A stretch of DNA of 64,000 bases from assembly GCF_009914755.1 (NCBI RefSeq), contig NC_060935.1; one strand, 5' to 3'. The position numbers were made by a program, and so were the translations under genes. The stretch comes from the human T2T-CHM13v2.0 reference genome, Homo sapiens. The notes beneath the pieces were generated by a model. The model made no database searches. It worked only from the letters and a program-made list of their open reading frames with translations, and was not told where the DNA came from. This document shows positions 47,155 through 64,000 of the stretch, piece by piece (positions within the stretch are counted from its first letter, which is position 1; each line of letters begins with the position of its first letter).

Positions 47155-47500
47155 AACTGTGGTTCAGAGATCTCTAGGGGTCTCCTAGATTCTTTCAAGG
47201 TATTTCTGGGTATTGTTTTCATAATACTACTAACATGTTATTTGGCTTCTTTACTCTCATTTTATCATGAGTGTACAGTGGAGTCTTGCAGATTCTATAT
47301 GATTTGGGATGACACTGTCACTCTTACAGCTAATGGAATGTATGCTTTCATATTGTTTAAAAAACTTTATCTTTTTTATTTCTAATACAGTATGGTAAAT
47401 ATTAATCAATATAACCCATATAAACAAAAATTCTCCGGGAGCCTTAATAATTTTTAAGAAGTTAAAAGGGCCCTGAGACCACAGTGTTTAAGAATTACTT
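47155..47500. mobile_element. Charlie1-derived non-autonomous element
   Basis: Ends resemble those of the element at 17356-19284 (taataatttttaag ... ccctgagacc ... tttaagaattact). Confidence 0.6.
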
Positions 47501-47699
47501 GTCTAAAAGCATTGTAAATTATTTAACTGCTCCCCTGTTGTTGGGAAGGTAGATTATTTATTTATAATTTTTCATAAAAAACATTGTGATACAATAGTTT
47601 TGTTAGTTCTAGAAGTATTGATAAAATCACATACACAGTTAAAATAAGTCATTGAATTATTTCTAGGGTAATATGAGAAACTTTTAGAAATTCCTAAGG

Positions 47700-48022
<323 letters not shown>

Positions 48023-48059
48023 TTAATTATTGTTACAAAAATTTGGGCTTAGAGGTTGG

Positions 48060-52280
<4,221 letters not shown>

Positions 52281-52395
52281 AATATTGTTAACTGTGCTTT
52301 CTTTTCTGAACTTAAGAACTTGCTTTTCCAAAACCTTCCCAGAATCCCTGTATGAATCAACAAAATTTAGTTCTTAACACATTTCTCCTTCTTTA

Positions 52396-52812
<417 letters not shown>

Positions 52813-52865
52813 TTATAAAGAGGAAATTCAAGCTTGGAGGGGCCTTCTGGCATGACGTTTATTGA

Positions 52866-53238
<373 letters not shown>

Positions 53239-53869
53239 TCCTGCAGTTTTTTTATTGATTGGATGAATGTTTGTATATCCCATGAGCCAGATGAGGCACA
53301 CTGTCCATGCACATAGCAAGATGGTAACACTTACACCATCTTTACTCTTTTGGGATTAGTCCCAAGCTCCTTGAGAATGACTGCCGTATCACCTGGGTTT
53401 TACTCTTCGGTTTCTGGTTGTTACTCCTCAGTCTTCAGCTCAATTAGGATGCATCCATTTGGTAGTTTTACAGTTAGTAACCCTGATGGCTTCCACTGGT
53501 TTACGATCTTGTACATCTAAGATGATGAAACTAAGGTTCAGAGAGGTGAGATGACTTTGAGTAAAATTGCATGGTGAGCAACTAGCAGAATTGGACCCTG
53601 AAACCAGATTTCTAATGTCCAAATCTTGTCCCTTGTTTATCATATCATGGTGGTTCAATAATAATTCTTCGTGTTTAGTGTGGTGTACTAGAGCTATCAA
53701 CAGAGAAACTTGAGACTGAGAGGTTTGAAGGGACTAATTCTAGGTCACACAGCTAATGGATGGAGCAGGTCTTTAATCCCAGATCTGGGTTCCAAGACCA
53801 GTCCTTTTCTCTTTACGCTGCTCTGCCCCTGCTATCTTTATTTCAGAAAACCACTGAGCTTCCTTCTAG

Positions 53870-54240
<371 letters not shown>

Positions 54241-54537
54241 GGTCTCTTTTTGTATCAGCTTCTATACAGACTTAACCCCATTTTTAAGTCACAGCCAGCA
54301 TGGTCAACTTCTGTCAGTTTTGCTTCTGTTCCAAAGGCTTCTGTTTTACTAACATACACACATACATGTATGCATATGGATTTAAATAAATTCTGGTGCA
54401 GGGAAGTCTAGGAGGCAAAGAGAGATAAAACTCTGTGATTGGAAAGTCACTTCTGGAAACTAGACATATAGAGCAGACCTCACTCTTACATTTCTTTTTG
54501 AAGTGCAATAATTTTTTTTTTTTTTTTAACAATATAG

Positions 54538-54801
54538 GGCCCAGTCCTGTGTTTGACATTAAAGCTGTTTCCATCAGTCCAACCAATGTGATCTTAACTT
54601 GGAAAAGTAATGACACAGCTGCTTCTGAGTACAAGTATGTAGTAAAGCATAAGATGGAAAATGAGAAGACAATTACTGTTGTGCATCAACCATGGTGTAA
54701 CATCACAGGCTTACGTCCAGCGACTTCATATGTATTCTCCATCACTCCAGGAATAGGCAATGAGACTTGGGGAGATCCCAGAGTCATAAAAGTCATCACA
54801 G
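54538..54801 (+). CDS. PTPRJ: PTPRJ exon 4 (264 nt), fibronectin type III domain
   Basis: poly-T...aatatag|GGCCCAGT...ATCACAG|gtaaga; GPSPVFDIKAV...LTW...GLRPATSY...WGDPRVIKVIT has the FNIII Trp and Tyr-corner motifs. Confidence 0.97.
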
Positions 54802-57147
54802 GTAAGATGACTGGCTCCCAGGGATGATGACAAACCATTTCTTATTATGGTGTATTCTAGGGCCTTGTCCGTTCAAGTTGCCTGTTGGAAAGAGAATGGT
54901 TTTCATAAACTAGAAGAGGAGAAAAGGTGCTATGTTGTTTCAAGCCTGGGATTTCTGGTGGCCACATCATTCAGTATTAAGGCCCTATGTGTTTTGGGAA
55001 GTTCTAACTACTTCTGTTTGGTTTTTAAAATCTTTTGTTATTGTTGGTTAACACCTACCTTTCTGTTAAGACTCAGGAGTAGAGACTTCCTTAAAAACGC
55101 GTGTCTTCATGGTAATTACCAGCCTTTTAAGCTCCCAGGAAATTGATGCTGTGTTTATATTCCCAGGAGTTTCTGTTGGGCAGGAAAGTTTGGTGTATTT
55201 TATAGGGGAGTGTGTGTTTCAAATGAAATAAGAGTTTGATGATATTTAAATTTTAATTCAGATTTGACAGTTTAGATTTTGATTTATCTTAGATGTCAAT
55301 ACCGAAGCCATCTATTATAGCTGCAAACTTAGCTTTTTTTTTAAGCTGAAAAGAACCAAACATTTTAAAAAACAGGTGGAGAAACTTTTTTAAGGTGAGG
55401 AGAACCAAAAATTGAAGAAAGAGGTCCTCTGTTAGTTTTCTGATCTAGGGGGCTGGGGAGTGTGATCTCAGGGGCTGGAGTCGGCCATGGGCGCCTGAGC
55501 TCTTGGAGCCCACGGCTGGAGGTGAACGAGGTCCAGCGTGGAGCAGCAAATATGAAACCAGTGGCTTCCGACATTTTAAGTCAGGAAACTATTTCTTTAA
55601 ACAAAACCTTGCCCAGGAGCCCAAAAAGTAAAAATAAAAAACTGGAGAGAAAAGAGCCAAAGAAATGGGAGTCACGGGCACCCTGACAAAACTCCTGGAG
55701 CTCCTCAGAGCACTATTTTAGGGGGGAAAACCTGCCATAAAGGTTTGCTCTGTTACATTGTGAAAGAGAGGGAAAGGAGAGCACAGAGAGATGACAGAAG
55801 AGAAGAGAATGAGAGAAAAGAGCATAGAACTTGGAAATGGTCATGAGGACAAGGTGACCCCGAGGGGGTGGCTGTGGGAAAGGGGATGCGGAGGTGCAGG
55901 AAGCACCGGTAGAGGGGCTGAGTGTCCTTATCTAGCTTAAAGCCCTGAGCACAGGGCTGCATGGGAGCAGGTCCATCAGCTGCTGCGTATTGAGCACGGC
56001 ACATGTGCCTCTCTGTCCTTAATGTTATTTTGTCCTCACAGTAACCCTGGGGGCTGCAGCAGAAGACACTGTAATGTGGAGAAGTTAAGTTTCTTCCGGT
56101 GTCTCAGAGTTACTGAGTATCAAGTGGTGGGGCTGGAACCCGGAGTCTAACTCTAGACCACTGTGGTGCAGTGATGTTCATAACAGCTATCCACAGTCAC
56201 CGAGCTGGGAATTTATTGGTTCTGCATTACTTAATAAAACAAAAAGACGCATGACTGACCTGATTTAGAACTCTTTGCATGAGAGACATGTGCTGTGAAG
56301 AATCATCTTACCGTTTCGGAGCTGGACGGTGCCTTAGAATCATCTAGGCCGATGTCTTTACCTTCAGGCCCCTGCAGCCCTCAGGAGGGGTTTTGCTCTA
56401 TCTGCAGCACTACCTGTGCTTTTCTGTACATGAAGCTGCAGCCCTGGGTTCTCCTGTCCCCACTGCTACCAGGAGTGTGTGTTCTTGAGCAAGCCCCCCT
56501 GCCTCTCTGGGTCTTCGTGTTCTTATTGGAAAAGTGAGGGGAGTGCATGTCATTTTGGGTGAAGTGGTTTGACTTATGTCACCATCAACCAAATAACGCG
56601 ATGGGAGGAAGGTCCAGGATATAGTGGAGATGGAACGTCTTCTGAAAAATCCCCTTGGTGCTGGGATATTGAATGTGCTGCTTACTTGAAATGTCTTGGT
56701 AATTTAAAATGATATTATTTGCATTATCTTGAATTGAGACCTTTAGATTAGTAAACAGTCACTTTATTTGAGGCTTTGTTCCTGATATCTAAAACACATA
56801 CAATTAAATGCTACCATTTAAAAGGGACAGTTTAGAAGAGTGTCCAGTCACTATTGGGGTTAATCTTGGAGAACAGTGTGGATCCTAAACAATTTCAGTT
56901 TTAAGGTTTTTTTCTTCTCTTCCGTGTTATTATTTTCTCCCCCAGCCCTGCTGTGAAATGATGGAAATGCATTGGGCTCTGATAGAAAGGAAGTATTTTT
57001 AGTGAGTCACATTGGGACATCAGTGACCTCAGTCATTCTTTCTTTTTTTCTTTTAAAACGCGCTCCCAGCACTGAACCCCAGTCATTCTTAATGAAGGTG
57101 ACTGCATATATCTTGTTCCATTAATGCATGTTGTATTTTTAAAATAG

Positions 57148-57405
57148 AACCGATCCCAGTTTCTGATCTCCGTGTTGCCCTCACGGGTGTGAGGAAGGCT
57201 GCTCTCTCCTGGAGCAATGGCAATGGCACTGCCTCCTGCCGGGTTCTTCTTGAAAGCATTGGAAGCCATGAGGAGTTGACTCAAGACTCAAGACTTCAGG
57301 TCAATATCTCGGGCCTGAAGCCAGGGGTTCAATACAACATCAACCCGTATCTTCTACAATCAAATAAGACAAAGGGAGACCCCTTGGGCACAGAAGGTGG
57401 CTTGG
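57148..57405 (+). CDS. PTPRJ: PTPRJ exon 5 (258 nt), fibronectin type III domain
   Basis: aaaatag|AACCGATCCCA...GGCTTGG|gtgagt; EPIPVSDLRV...LSW...GLKPGVQY...; codon CAA at 57357-57359 is Gln276. Confidence 0.96.
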
Positions 57406-58502
57406 GTGAGTTACAAAGGGTACCTTCCGTCTCCCTTACTGGTTCTTACTTTCAGTAACTAAATGTTCTAAAAAATAAATTGCTCTTCCATGTGTATGGA
57501 GATTTAGAATTTATAAAGGGCTTTTCCTCCACATTTTAGTTTGATCCCCCACCTGCATGAGGAAGGAAGGAAACGTGTTCTGATTTTACAGGGGAACACA
57601 TTGGGGCTGAGAACAGCAATAGGAATTGAAACTTTTTAGAGTCTGGCACCCAGGAAAGTTAGAGGCCCCTTTAGCTTTCTATCTAACAGCTGTGTCAACC
57701 CAAGTTGGGCCTTCAGAGGAACTTATCACGTCTGCTGGTTGATGTTGGCGTTGTCATTTGCAGGTTTCATAGCATTTGCAGAGGATCCCCAGGATAACTC
57801 CATGAGGAGGACAGGCACTTAATCTGCATTTTATACTTAAGAAAACAGAGCTACAGAGTGGGTGTCAGGATCCTTGCTTGCGAGTGACAGAAACCAGACT
57901 TTGGATAGCTCAGACAGAAGGAACAATTTATTGGCTCATGTGGATTTTCCTGCTAGCGGGAGGCCTTAGAGAAAGAGATGAGGCAATTCTCATCCCTCCC
58001 TCTTGCTTCTTTCTGTTCATCAGCTTCATTCTCAGAGCAGCTCCCTCTGCACACTTAAGGAGCCCAGCTGCTCCTGTTTCACACCCTGCAGCTGCCTCAC
58101 CAGCCAGCTGCCCCACCAACCAGGGTCTGGTCCAGGGAAACGTGTCTTGAGTGGGGTCTGATTAGCAAAGTCTGCTTCACAGAGCTGTCCCTGGAAATCC
58201 ATGCTGGGACAGGAGAAGATAACAACCCAAAGAAGGGAGAATGACCTGAAATAAGCAGAGTTTGAAAGAGAAGCACCAGATATCTGTGGTGCTACTGGAA
58301 TAACAGTACAAATGGAGATGGAGCTATCAGGCCTTTTTATGGGGCTGCCTCTCTCTCTGGAGGAGGAAGGGAGCAGATATTGATGGAGCACCAACTGTGG
58401 CCACTGTCTGATGGCCATCTGATGGGGTTGGGGCTCCGAAGGAAAATGGGGGATGTGTCCCTCTTGTGGTTGATGTCTTTTTGTCTCCTGTGCTTGAAAC
58501 AG

Positions 58503-58721
58503 ATGCCAGCAATACAGAGAGAAGCCGGGCAGGGAGCCCCACCGCCCCTGTGCATGATGAGTCCCTCGTGGGACCTGTGGACCCATCCTCCGGCCAGCAG
58601 TCCCGAGACACGGAAGTCCTGCTTGTCGGGTTAGAGCCTGGCACCCGATACAATGCCACCGTTTATTCCCAAGCAGCGAATGGCACAGAAGGACAGCCCC
58701 AGGCCATAGAGTTCAGGACAA
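58503..58721 (+). CDS. PTPRJ: PTPRJ exon 6 (219 nt), linker plus C-terminal half of an FNIII fold
   Basis: gaaacag|ATGCCAGC...AGGACAA|gtaggt; DASNTERS...GLEPGTRYNATV...IEFRT; codon CGA at 58604-58606 is Arg326. Confidence 0.96.
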
Positions 58722-59948
58722 GTAGGTTGAACTTTGTAAAATGGTGGCAGCCAGAGTTTCCTAGCACAATGTTCTGTCTCCTGTGATTCTGATTCTGAGT
58801 GATTTCTTGCATAACAGCTAGTTTTGATGTCAGAGGGAGCTTCCTGGAGGAGATTTTGGACAGAGCAGATCTGCTCAGTTTCTTCTTAACTCCATGGGCA
58901 GTGCACATCTCTCATTAAGTGAAATCAAATACATGGAGCAGCCCCTGTGTGCGGGCACCAGGCACTGCCTCACGCCATCTTTCACAGCTTTGCGTGGTGG
59001 CTGATGAGACAAACTGGCATCATACTTTCCTCTTAAAAACAAATAATCATTGCTTGTTTTTCCTTTGCTTTGAGTTAAGAAAGTTATGAAAGTGAGTTTC
59101 ATTTTTTCACCCGCCTTGTAATTCATACCGATCTTTCTGTTGAAATGCTTGTTGACATGCACATTGCTGCTTCCTCGCTATAATTTATCAGCACTTTCAC
59201 TCTGTAAGTTCACCAATATTTGGAGGCTTTGGTGAAAAGAGCGGGAGGTGAACACATTTGGGAATACTTAGAGGTAGTTACTGGCCAGGCTGTGTTACTT
59301 GTACAGGGCTAGAAGTTTTGGCAAGACATTGGTGAGAAGCCATTCTGTAAGGAATGACAGTTTTTCCTGGTATCCATGTTGAAGGAGGGTCCATTTGTGT
59401 CCTTCCTTCCCTTTGTACTTGTTTTGCTAATGTGGGAGTGGGTGGGGAGGATGCGGCCGTAGGACAGGCTGCCTGACCTCATGGGGCCTGCAGTGACCTG
59501 GCAGGAGTGGCAGGTGGGAGGCTCTCGGGTGAGGAGGGCTTGGATTCCAGAGGGTGGGTTAGTTGGAGGAGGAGGAAGGGGCTCCTATGTGGGTGCGGTT
59601 GGCAGTGGTGGGGTGTCCTGCACATGGTAAGCTTGCGTGAGAGAGTGAAAGGGGCTGAAATCTGGTCTGTGTGCCCTGCGTCAAGCCATGCACCCAGGGC
59701 TGGGTCCAGCCAGGGGAAGGTCCCTTTGACTGATTTGCTAAAAGGACTTGTAGATTTGTGTGGGCCTGGGGTCCCTGCTTTTTAAAGCAGTTTGAGCAAA
59801 AGCAAAGTAGTAGTGATTACATCTCAGGCTCTTGGTGGTGTGAATTCACACACATCCTGCTTTGGGTTGAACTGTCTTCATGCTTGGTAAATAATCATTA
59901 TAGTAGCCTTTCCCTCTCTATAAGGGGCGAGTGTGTGTGTATAGATAA

Positions 59949-60309
59949 GTCTTAGTCAGTTTGGGCTGCTGTAACAAATGGCCATGCACTAGATGGCGTA
60001 AACAATGAACATTTATTTCTCAGGGTTCTGGAGGCTGGAAGTCTGAGACTGGGGTGCAGCATGGCTGGGCTCCGGGTGAAACACCCTCTTCCTCTTCCAG
60101 GTTGCAGACTCCCTGGGTCTTCACGTGGTTGAAGGGGTGAGGGCGTGGTTTCTCTCCAGCCTTTTTGATAAGGGCACTAATACCATTCAGGAGGGAGGTA
60201 ATTCATGATCTAATTACCTCCCAAAAGCCCCGCCTCCTAAAAGCATCACATCAGGGGTTACAATTTCAACATAGGAATTTTATGGGGACAGAAACATTCA
60301 GTCTGTTGC

Positions 60310-60311
<2 letters not shown>
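59949..60311 (-). mobile_element. MLT1A-like MaLR solo LTR
   Basis: gtcttagtcagtttgggctgctgtaacaaa ... ttctggaggctggaagtctgag ... ataagggcactaat ... aacattcagtctgttgca. Confidence 0.78.

Positions 60312-60340
<29 letters not shown>
60312..60340. repeat. (CA)n microsatellite
   Basis: Seen directly. Confidence 0.95.
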
Positions 60341-60343
<3 letters not shown>

Positions 60344-61300
60344 TAAACACACATTTCCACCCACCCCAGAGCACCCTGCACTTTTCAAGTGACTAGTTAG
60401 GTGGGGCAGGGTTAAGGAAACCATCAGAGGACATTGTTGAGGCACCCAAGACACGACAGAAAGCCACCTCTAGGGCTGAAGGGCTAGAGGAGGACAGGGT
60501 GTTTCTGGAGCCCAGTGAGAGCTGGGGCAGTGGTGGACACAGCTGTGTCAGGACAGGAGGCCCAGAGCAGGAGGTGATGGAGGAAGGCACTGACTCCTTT
60601 CTCCTGTGGCCCTTCAGGGGCCTGCCCATTGGCTCATAGTGGAACCCGGTCACAGCCCATGTGGCAAGACCCCCCATGATGCCTTGCACAAGGTCAGCCT
60701 CCTGGGCCCAGAGCAGGTGAGGGAAGGGCAGTGGATATGTCGGGAGGGTGGAGTGGGCAGGTGGTGAATAACTGGCACTCGGGTTATCTTTTCTTGAGGT
60801 TAGGATTGCTCTCCAGTTTTATAGGTGAGGAAGCTGAGCTCAAGTGGTTTTCCTGTGGCCCACCTGGGTGTCATAGCAGAGTGAGCCCTGGAACCCAGGC
60901 CTGCCTCGTCCTGACTTCTGTGATCTCGGGCGATCACATAGATCGCAGTGTTCGCTCTTGCATCATGTGTGTTTGACAACTTTTCTGGGTGCCCCTGGCC
61001 CTAGGGTAAGACATGCATAGAGTCCAAGTCATCATTTAGGTCAAATCTCTAAAGTCAACTTACAAAAAGGAACAAAGAATAACCCTGCAGGTGCCATTGG
61101 CCAGGTTGTTTCTTCACCGCCCAATGATGCCTGACTTTGGCTGGGACCGTCATGCTTTCCTAGCCACGGTTGATGGTGCAGAGGAGGAAGGAACACTCCC
61201 CCAGGAGAGTTTGCTGGGCTTGACAGCATGCCCTGATGACCTCTCCCTCCCTCTGCCTTGGCCGTTCTGGTTATTTTGAACTCCTCTTGTGTTCTCACAG

Positions 61301-61564
61301 ATGCTATTCAGGTTTTTGACGTCACCGCTGTGAACATCAGTGCCACAAGCCTGACCCTGATCTGGAAAGTCAGCGATAACGAGTCGTCATCTAACTATAC
61401 CTACAAGATACATGTGGCGGGGGAGACAGATTCTTCCAATCTCAACGTCAGTGAGCCTCGCGCTGTCATCCCCGGACTCCGCTCCAGCACCTTCTACAAC
61501 ATCACAGTGTGTCCTGTCCTAGGTGACATCGAGGGCACGCCGGGCTTCCTCCAAGTGCACACCC
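61301..61564 (+). CDS. PTPRJ: PTPRJ exon 7 (264 nt), fibronectin type III domain
   Basis: ctcacag|ATGCTATT...CACACCC|gtgagt; NAIQVFDVTAV...LIW...GLRSSTFY...FLQVHT. Confidence 0.97.
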
Positions 61565-62725
61565 GTGAGTTCATGCCTGGCTCTCACCACCCTTTCCTGC
61601 TGTCCTGCTCCGTGCCAGGCCCAGACACAGGATGCATGATGTAGTAATGGTGACTGTTGGCTGACCACACGCCAAGCTTCGTGTGACATGCTTTCCTTGC
61701 ACTGGCACATTGTATGCTCACAACAGCCCTGTGATGTGGTTGGAAGTAGCCTTATTTTATAGATAGGAAGCCAAGGCTGAGAGAGGTGCTAGACAGGTAT
61801 CACAGCTGGAAAGTGGCAGAGGTGAGATTAAGCCTCTGGTATTTCTCACCTGGAGCCTGCGCTTGTAACTCTCTTTCCAGTGTGGAGGAGACCTAGAGTG
61901 AATTGATACAGGGAGACAAAAATGACCTGGTATTCATATCCCCTTGTGTCTTGGGTGCTGACATTATAACGAATCACTGGCACAGCTGTATCTCATCTTT
62001 GTTTGTTTAAATGTCCCTTAAAAATAAGATTTTATGCAGCAAATAAAAAGCTTTAGGTTTCAAAGAAGGTCCGATAATGTAAAATAAAACAGTAATGGTG
62101 CACTAGTAGTACAGTGGTATAATATTGATTATATACTATTAAACAATAGTAGTGACACCAGCACTGCATTTTGCACTGTGCCATGAGATTTATAGACACT
62201 GTAGTGGCCTCCGAGGTAGGTATTGGGGTCCCCTTTTACAGATGAGGAAATGACACCCTGATGGCTGAACAGTTTGCCCAAAGCCACAGAGCTAGTGAGT
62301 AGCAGAGCAGGACTTGAACTCAGGGGTGTGTGGCTCTGGACCCAGGCTTATCCCACAAGAATGTCCATTCCTTCGCAGGAAGCACACCTTAGCATTCTTA
62401 TAGATGTATTTTGGACTGGATCTTTGGGAAAATGAAATATGCTTGCATTTCTTTACCTTTTACTCTTTTACTATTTATTAGTTAGGATTAGGTTCAGCCA
62501 CGAATAACACCACCAAAAACAACAACAACAAAACCCAAGTATCCATGGCTTAAACAAGACAGGGGTTTATTTCTCTCTCCTGTAACAGAAGCCCAGTGCT
62601 AGGCAGGATGGGGATGATAGAGGTTATCCAAGGCTCAGTTGTATGAAACAGAAACTGTGAGCTATTTTAACCAAAAGGGATTTATCCTGGGAATTGAGGT
62701 TTTGCAGAATCATTGGAAGAGCTGG

Positions 62726-63108
62726 TGTATTAGTTTGCTAGGGCTACCAGAACAAGTACCAAAGGCTGTGTGGCTTGAACAGAAATAGACTTTCTCATAG
62801 TTCTGGAGGCTGAAGGTCAAAGATTAAGGCAACGGCAGGTGTGGTTTCTTCTGAGGCCTCCCTCTTGGCTTATAGATGACTGTCTTCTCCCTCACATGGT
62901 TGTCCTTAGTCTGCGTGTGCCTATGCCCTCATCTCCCTTTATAAGGACACCAGTCTTGCTGGATTAGGGCCTACCTTCATGACCTCACATTAACTTAATT
63001 ACCTCTTTGAAGACCCTGTCTCCAAAGACAGCCACATTCTGAGGTCTTGGGGGTTAGGACATAAACATACACATTTGGGGGTGAGGGAGCACAAGTCAGC
63101 TCATAACA
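62726..63108 (-). mobile_element. MLT1 (MLT1B/C-like) MaLR solo LTR, full length
   Basis: tgtattagtttgctagggct ... ttctggaggctg ... ataaggacaccagtc ... cagctcataaca. Confidence 0.8.
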
Positions 63109-63979
63109 GTTGAGGAGCAGGCTTTAGGCCTCGCCCCAAGAAATGACTCCTGGACTAAGTCTGCAGAACTGACCCCCTGGAGAGTCACCACCTTGGTCAC
63201 AGACAGCAGAGGGAGGAATCAGGAAGTCTCTGCTGTAGTTGCGGGATCCAGGGGTCTATGTTCTGAGCTGTGATCCTGGGATCAGGAAGCTGCAGCCACC
63301 GCTGAGGTTTTGGTTCTAGAGCCAGGCAGCGTGAGCTCCAGTCATTGCATCCACACTACAGGTATAAGAAGGAGGAAGGGCAGAAGGTTGTGCCCCACCC
63401 TTAAAGGACACTTCCTAGAAGTCACCCAGTACCTCTGCTCATGCTTCGTTGAGCAAAACTTAGTCACATTGCAACATCTAGCTCCATGGGAGCTGGGAAA
63501 TGTGGTCTTTGTTTCCAACAGGTATGCACACACAGGGCTAAAAATCTGGGTGGGTATGATGAAGGGAAAATGGGGGAATGGATTTTGGGGGTCAAGACTG
63601 GTCTCTCTCTGCTGTCCCTCCCTGAACAGAGGCTCTGGGAGGCTAGTAATGCATTCGAGATAAAGCAGCCAGTGTGGCCAAGGTTCTCCTCCAGAGCCTG
63701 AGCCCTTGACCACAGGAGCTCACGCCTCCTCTCATTTCCTGTGAATGATTGTGTGCAATGTAAGCACAGAGCTTCTGCACTCTCATGATCAAGTGCTCTC
63801 TCCATGGCCAGAAACAGCAGTTTCTGAGGGGCTCATGTTGTAGGTGATGATACAAAGAAGACAGAGAGAGGGATCAGGTGTCCTAAGTGTACATTTCATC
63901 TCAGTATTTTCTGAGGTGGGGCATCCCTGTCTCCTGGAGAAGTATATTTTTAATCTAGTTGTTTACTTTCTTTGCATAG

Positions 63980-64000
63980 CCCCTGTTCCAGTTTCTGACT
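63980..64000 (+). CDS. PTPRJ: PTPRJ exon 8, first 21 nt (truncated by window end)
   Basis: tttgcatag|CCCCTGTTCCAGTTTCTGACT gives (P)PVPVSD in frame with exon 7. Confidence 0.9.

Larger units (their letters stand above)
62645..64000 (+). repeat. Intragenic duplication, copy B (end of intron 7 plus exon 8 start; runs off the window)
   Basis: Colinear with 45229-46310, apart from an extra ~280 bp inside the MLT1 element. Confidence 0.95.

Noticed and set aside
58032-58659. Antisense ORFs of 184 and 110 aa overlapping exon 6
   Set aside because: Shadow ORFs of a GC-rich coding exon, with no independent support.

Overview
Human (primate) genomic DNA from the PTPRJ locus (receptor tyrosine phosphatase J, DEP-1/CD148), gene on the + strand. 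Bases 1-43601 are the 3' part of the large, repeat-rich first intron, which contains the MITE-derived hairpin MIR3161. Then come the 19-nt exon 2, exons 3-7 of the ectodomain and the first 21 nt of exon 8. All have canonical AG/GT boundaries and join in frame. The most striking structure is an intragenic duplication. About 1.1 kb at the end of intron 2, plus the exon 3 acceptor (45229-46310), is a roughly 85-90% identical copy of the end of intron 7 and the exon 8 acceptor (62645-64000), sharing the same nested MaLR insertion. This implies that the Ser/Thr-rich, Trp/Tyr-free exon 3 is a recently duplicated fibronectin type III exon that has decayed or been repurposed into a mucin-like N-terminal extension. 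Other points: an antisense ERV1 solo LTR with an intact-looking promoter (CCAAT array, GC box, octamer, TATA), a CTCF-like motif 38 nt downstream of the microexon, an L1 carrying a copy of its own flank, and a young AluYg6-type insertion. Repeat subfamily names were assigned by eye and are approximate.
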